Under the pieces are notes generated by a model. That model worked only from the letters and a program-made list of their open reading frames with translations. It did not search any database and had not been told where the DNA came from. Positions 49,043 to 52,445 of a stretch of DNA of 52,445 nt are shown here, piece by piece (within the stretch, counting starts at the first letter, position 1; the number at the start of each line of letters is the position of its first letter). The position numbers and the translations under genes are program-made. Source of the DNA: Candidatus Omnitrophota bacterium (GTDB taxonomy: Bacteria; Omnitrophota; Gorgyraeia; Gygaellales; Profunditerraquicolaceae); assembly GCA_018895075.1 (NCBI GenBank), contig JAHIOW010000042.1, forward strand, positions 1 through 52,445. Reading direction: 5' to 3'.

Positions 49043-49048
49043 TTTTAT

Positions 49049-49110
49049 TGTTTTATGTTTAATGTACTATGTTTAATGTTTTTACATTAAACATTAAACT
49101 TTAAACATTA
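49049..49110. repeat. Inverted heptamer array, copy 2
   Basis: ATGTTTAATGTACTATGTTTAATGTTTT..ACATTAAACATTAAACTTTAAACATTA. Confidence 0.8.
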
Positions 49111-50178
49111 TACATTTTTGGCTAATTCGTTCTTCAGATAAGTGATTTTATCTACGGGCGTGGGGTCAATCCCATAAAGTATCGCCAGGTAAAATGAGAT
49201 AAAATCTCCTATATAAATCAGGGAAAAAATTCTACTGAGCAAATCTTCTCCCCGCGACCAAATATCTATTAATTCTACCCCTTCCTTTCTAAGTATATCG
49301 GAAGTTATATCCATCCTCTTTACTAGGCGCGGATGCATATGCTTGTCTCTAAATAGTAATATTAGAAAATTCTTAAGTAATTTTTTAGGGTTTTGCCAAC
49401 CCATGATTTCATTGTGATTCATTTCTGGAAACACATGACTTGAGGCTAGAGCCTTGGCATTTTCATTAAGCTGGCACCTCAGGCGCATTGCCGCTACATC
49501 AAAATGCATAGAAGCCGAATAGATAATTGCCAACTTATTAAATAATTTTCTCGCGATAAACTTTGCAATATTGTCCTTCTCTCCTATATGCGGATTAAGC
49601 TTACTCTTATTGAGATCCTCTAAGATTTCAAACGCCTGATGGATAGAATAACTTACGTCTTTAATCAAGCCAAGTTTTTCTAATACGCACAGGGGTATAA
49701 TGCTCAAATATCCTAATGCGCATCTGGGTGGCAGGCCTCCAGGTATCTGGATGAATGTAATATTATCATTCTGCGCATATTCTTTTAATCTACCGTCTGA
49801 AGAAACAAGAATCATGGATGCGCCTTTCTCCCTTGCCTGGTTATAGGCACTTATTGTCTCTTCTGTATTACCCGAATAACTTGATATAAATACCAGCGTC
49901 GAACTATCTATATACGCGGGTAATTCATATTCCCGGTAGACAATAATAGGCAGCTTGCTTTGAGAATACAGATAAGACTTTACTAAGTCCGCCCCGATAG
50001 CTGAACCGCCTAAACCAGCAAATACAATCTTGTTAAAATCTCTCTTCTCAAATAGTATCTCTACCGTCTTAGCTAAATCCTGGGCTGTCCTAAACTGTAA
50101 GGAAAAATCCAATAACAAACCCAACATGTTAGAACGGTCAATCCTTTTTATATTTTCTAAACTTAAAGACCCTTTCAT
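49108..50178 (-). CDS. Bifunctional phosphoglucose/phosphomannose isomerase
   Basis: GLGGSAIG, SYSGNTEET, PRCA, QLNENAK, PEMNHNEI, DPTPV..I..LK. Confidence 0.93.
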   Translation of the reverse strand: MKGSLSLENIKRIDRSNMLGLLLDFSLQFRTAQDLAKTVEILFEKRDFNKIVFAGLGGSAIGADLVKSYLYSQSKLPIIVYREYELPAYIDSSTLVFISSYSGNTEETISAYNQAREKGASMILVSSDGRLKEYAQNDNITFIQIPGGLPPRCALGYLSIIPLCVLEKLGLIKDVSYSIHQAFEILEDLNKSKLNPHIGEKDNIAKFIARKLFNKLAIIYSASMHFDVAAMRLRCQLNENAKALASSHVFPEMNHNEIMGWQNPKKLLKNFLILLFRDKHMHPRLVKRMDITSDILRKEGVELIDIWSRGEDLLSRIFSLIYIGDFISFYLAILYGIDPTPVDKITYLKNELAKNV

Positions 50179-51905
50179 CCTAATATCTTCCTTAATTCTA
50201 ACTGGCTGAACGCCTCTACCTCTTTACCTGTAGACAACTGCAGGGCCTTTTGGGCAATCTCTTGGGCCTTCTTCAGGGTAACCGAACGAATTATGTATTT
50301 TACCTCTGGAATAACCTGGGGAGGCATACTAAATTCATCCAAACCTAAGCCTAAAATTATTAATATAAAGGCAGGTTCTCCGGCCATCTCACCGCACATC
50401 CCCACCCAAATTCCCGCATGATGCGCTGCCTCGATTATATTTTTAATCATCCTTAAGACAGCCGGATGCAAAGGCTCGTATAGATAGGCTACCTTTTCAT
50501 TGGCACGGTCCACTGCCAAAGAATACTGAATCAGGTCATTAGTGCCGATGCTAAAGAAATCGGCCTCCTCAGCTAAAAGGTCACAAGTCATTGCTGCTGA
50601 AGGCACCTCGATCATCGCCCCTACTTCAATATTATCATTAAAAGGTAAACCTTCCTTCCTTAGCTCCTCCTTGCAATCATCTAATATCTTGTTTGCCTGT
50701 CTCAGTTCTTCGACGCCCGAAATCATCGGATACATAAGTTTCAATTTCCCATGTACCGAGGCCCTCAATATCGCCCTCAGTTGCACCTTGAATATATCCG
50801 GCCGCGCCAGACAGAACCTCACCGCCCGCCATCCCAGAAAATTTTGCATCTCATGGGGAATTTCAAATTGCGACAAAAATTTATCGCCACCCAGATCCAG
50901 AGTGCGAATAATCACCGGGTAAGGCTTCATTTCGCTGGCTACATAGCTATAAGCCTGGTAATGTTCCTCTTCCGAGGGAAGGCCTTTTCTGTTCATATAG
51001 AAAAATTCCGTGCGGTAAAGCCCTATGCCTTGCGCACCGTGGAGTTTTACTGAACCAACTTCATCGGGCAACTCTATATTGGCGGTTATCTCAATCTGCT
51101 TACCGTCAAGAGTAAGTGTAGGAAGGTCCTTTACAGATAAAAATTTTTCTGCTATCCCTTTTAGCTTGCGCTGTCCCTCTTGATAAAATTGCAGGGTCGC
51201 CTCATCGGGATTTATGATTACATCACCCATACTGCCATCGACTATCAAGAGGTCATTTGTCTTGATCTTTAAGGTTATCCCTTCTACGCCAACTACCGCC
51301 GGTATCTCCAGGGACTTAGCCATAATTGCCGTATGGGAGGTCTTACCCCCGATATCTGTAACAAAGGCGCAGACATTTTGTTTATGCATTGCCGCCGTAT
51401 CTGAGGGGGAGAGATCATGCGCTACCAGGACCACTTTCTCTTTTAAATCCTTGAAGTCCATGCGTTTTTTACCCAAAAGATTGCGCAAGATCCTCTTTCC
51501 TACGTCATTTATATCTGCGGTGCGCTCTTTTAAATATTCGTCTTCAATCTTAGAAAATACATCAATATATTTCTTCAAGACCTCAAGAAATATATAGGCT
51601 ACATTCAGGCGTTCTTTTTTAAGGCGCGAGATAACCTCTTCAATAAGCATACGGTCTTCTAAGACTAACAGATGGGCATCAAAAATCTCAGCTTGTTCCT
51701 GCCCCATATCAGTAGCGATTCTTTTTTGTAAAGCCACGATTTCTCTGCGGGTCTGGATTAATGCCTCTTCGAATAGCTGTATCTGCACAGGGATATCCCC
51801 TTGCGCTATAGGCTCTTTAGGAATAACGAATTCTTCTTTGTCTATCCTATAGGCTGGCCCGATACTTATTCCGGAAGCTGCAGCTATACCTTTAACCTTT
51901 ATCAT
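50175..51905 (-). CDS. ptsI: PTS enzyme I
   Basis: GGKTSHTAIMA, GIGLYRTEF, RTLDLGGDK, FSIGTNDL, GMCGEMA. Confidence 0.97.
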   Translation of the reverse strand: MIKVKGIAAASGISIGPAYRIDKEEFVIPKEPIAQGDIPVQIQLFEEALIQTRREIVALQKRIATDMGQEQAEIFDAHLLVLEDRMLIEEVISRLKKERLNVAYIFLEVLKKYIDVFSKIEDEYLKERTADINDVGKRILRNLLGKKRMDFKDLKEKVVLVAHDLSPSDTAAMHKQNVCAFVTDIGGKTSHTAIMAKSLEIPAVVGVEGITLKIKTNDLLIVDGSMGDVIINPDEATLQFYQEGQRKLKGIAEKFLSVKDLPTLTLDGKQIEITANIELPDEVGSVKLHGAQGIGLYRTEFFYMNRKGLPSEEEHYQAYSYVASEMKPYPVIIRTLDLGGDKFLSQFEIPHEMQNFLGWRAVRFCLARPDIFKVQLRAILRASVHGKLKLMYPMISGVEELRQANKILDDCKEELRKEGLPFNDNIEVGAMIEVPSAAMTCDLLAEEADFFSIGTNDLIQYSLAVDRANEKVAYLYEPLHPAVLRMIKNIIEAAHHAGIWVGMCGEMAGEPAFILIILGLGLDEFSMPPQVIPEVKYIIRSVTLKKAQEIAQKALQLSTGKEVEAFSQLELRKILG

Positions 51906-51915
51906 ATTTTAGGCC

Positions 51916-52179
51916 TTACTCCTCATTGCTGATAATCTTCTCCAGCTCCGACATAGCCATATGCGCGTCATCGCCTTCGGCTTCAATTACAATCTGGCTG
52001 TCTTTCTCTGCGCCCAACATAAGGATACCCATAATAGACTTGCCATTTATTTCTTCTTTGCCGCGCTTTACCGTTATGCGGGCATCAAATTTATTTGCAA
52101 CCTGGACAAATAATGCCGCTGGGCGGGCATGTAGCCCTTGCTTATTTTTTACTATTAACTGCTTTCTGACAACAACCAT
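51916..52179 (-). CDS. ptsH: Phosphocarrier protein HPr
   Basis: GLHARPAA, NGKSIMG. ATG 52179 preferred because the upstream extension lies in the repeat. Confidence 0.96.
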   Translation of the reverse strand: MVVVRKQLIVKNKQGLHARPAALFVQVANKFDARITVKRGKEEINGKSIMGILMLGAEKDSQIVIEAEGDDAHMAMSELEKIISNEE

Positions 52180-52338
52180 TATAAATGAGCGCATAACTTA
52201 CGGAATAAAATGACGTAAGTTATATGCGCGAATTTAATCCGCCGAAGGCGGATAAGTTCGGACTGATAAGTTATGTCGCTTAGATTATCTTTAATATAAG
52301 GCTCCCTGCCGGCAGGCAGGCATAACTTATGTCCTCAC
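52180..52338. mobile_element. Multi-hairpin MITE-like intergenic element, copy 2, with nested CCTGCCGGCAGGCAGG
   Basis: Collinear with 10295-10450; TATAA on both sides on the minus strand. Confidence 0.75.
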
Positions 52339-52445
52339 TTATATCTCTTCAATAAACCCTAAAATAGCCCTGGCTAATTTTGAAGAATCATGCCTGACCA
52401 TGCCTTCGCTCATTACGATATCGTCCCCAATCACCCGATAACCCA
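52339..52445 (-). CDS. yvcK: 3' end of a YvcK/CofD-family gluconeogenesis factor (partial)
   Basis: GYRVIGDDIVMSEGMVRHDSSKLARAILGFIEEI*. VRHD..KLA is the typical C-terminus, and the gene precedes ptsH. Confidence 0.75.
   Translation of the reverse strand, partial: GYRVIGDDIVMSEGMVRHDSSKLARAILGFIEEI

Noticed and set aside
761-52213. Many plus-strand ORFs overlapping minus-strand genes (e.g. 1568-2188, 41145-41864, 43899-44381)
   Set aside because: Antisense shadows of well-supported housekeeping genes, with no recognisable motifs.

Overview
A gene-dense chromosomal housekeeping region from a diderm, probably anaerobic bacterium. Gene content and order suggest Candidatus Omnitrophota or another PVC-type lineage, but that is inference. 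Nearly all genes are on the minus strand, in transcription order: yvcK-ptsH-ptsI-pgi/pmi-nucleotidyltransferase-metK-ahcY-pfkA-aldolase-ilvDBNC-leuA-aroE-pilD-ttcA-rmuC; a cutA/ccdA/tlpA/pncB/LUD/core-MetE block; porCDAB-ferritin-ferredoxin; then hisG-bS22-TPR-split transketolase-ispE-spoVG-tRNA-Gln-glmU-prs-rplY-pth-rpsF-ssb-rpsR-rplI-dnaB-bamA-skp-lpxD-lpxC/fabZ-lpxA-lpxI-radical SAM and a tRNA cluster. Four things stand out. (1) A nested tRNA locus: a tRNA-Arg with fully paired stems is interrupted in its anticodon by a 183-nt structured insert that contains a second complete tRNA-Arg(UCG), followed by a third tRNA-Arg relic carrying two palindrome insertions. (2) A 424-aa LAGLIDADG intein in the NAD-binding motif of adenosylhomocysteinase. 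(3) Several miniature palindromic elements placed so that host genes stay intact: a ~157-bp element filling two stop-to-start spacers, an in-frame 54-bp element in ispE beside an internal promoter, and a 64-bp element flanked by a duplicated ilvC 3' end. (4) A 33-aa bS22-like ribosomal protein gene missing from the ORF track. All calls come from manual motif reading and hand alignment; no searches were run.
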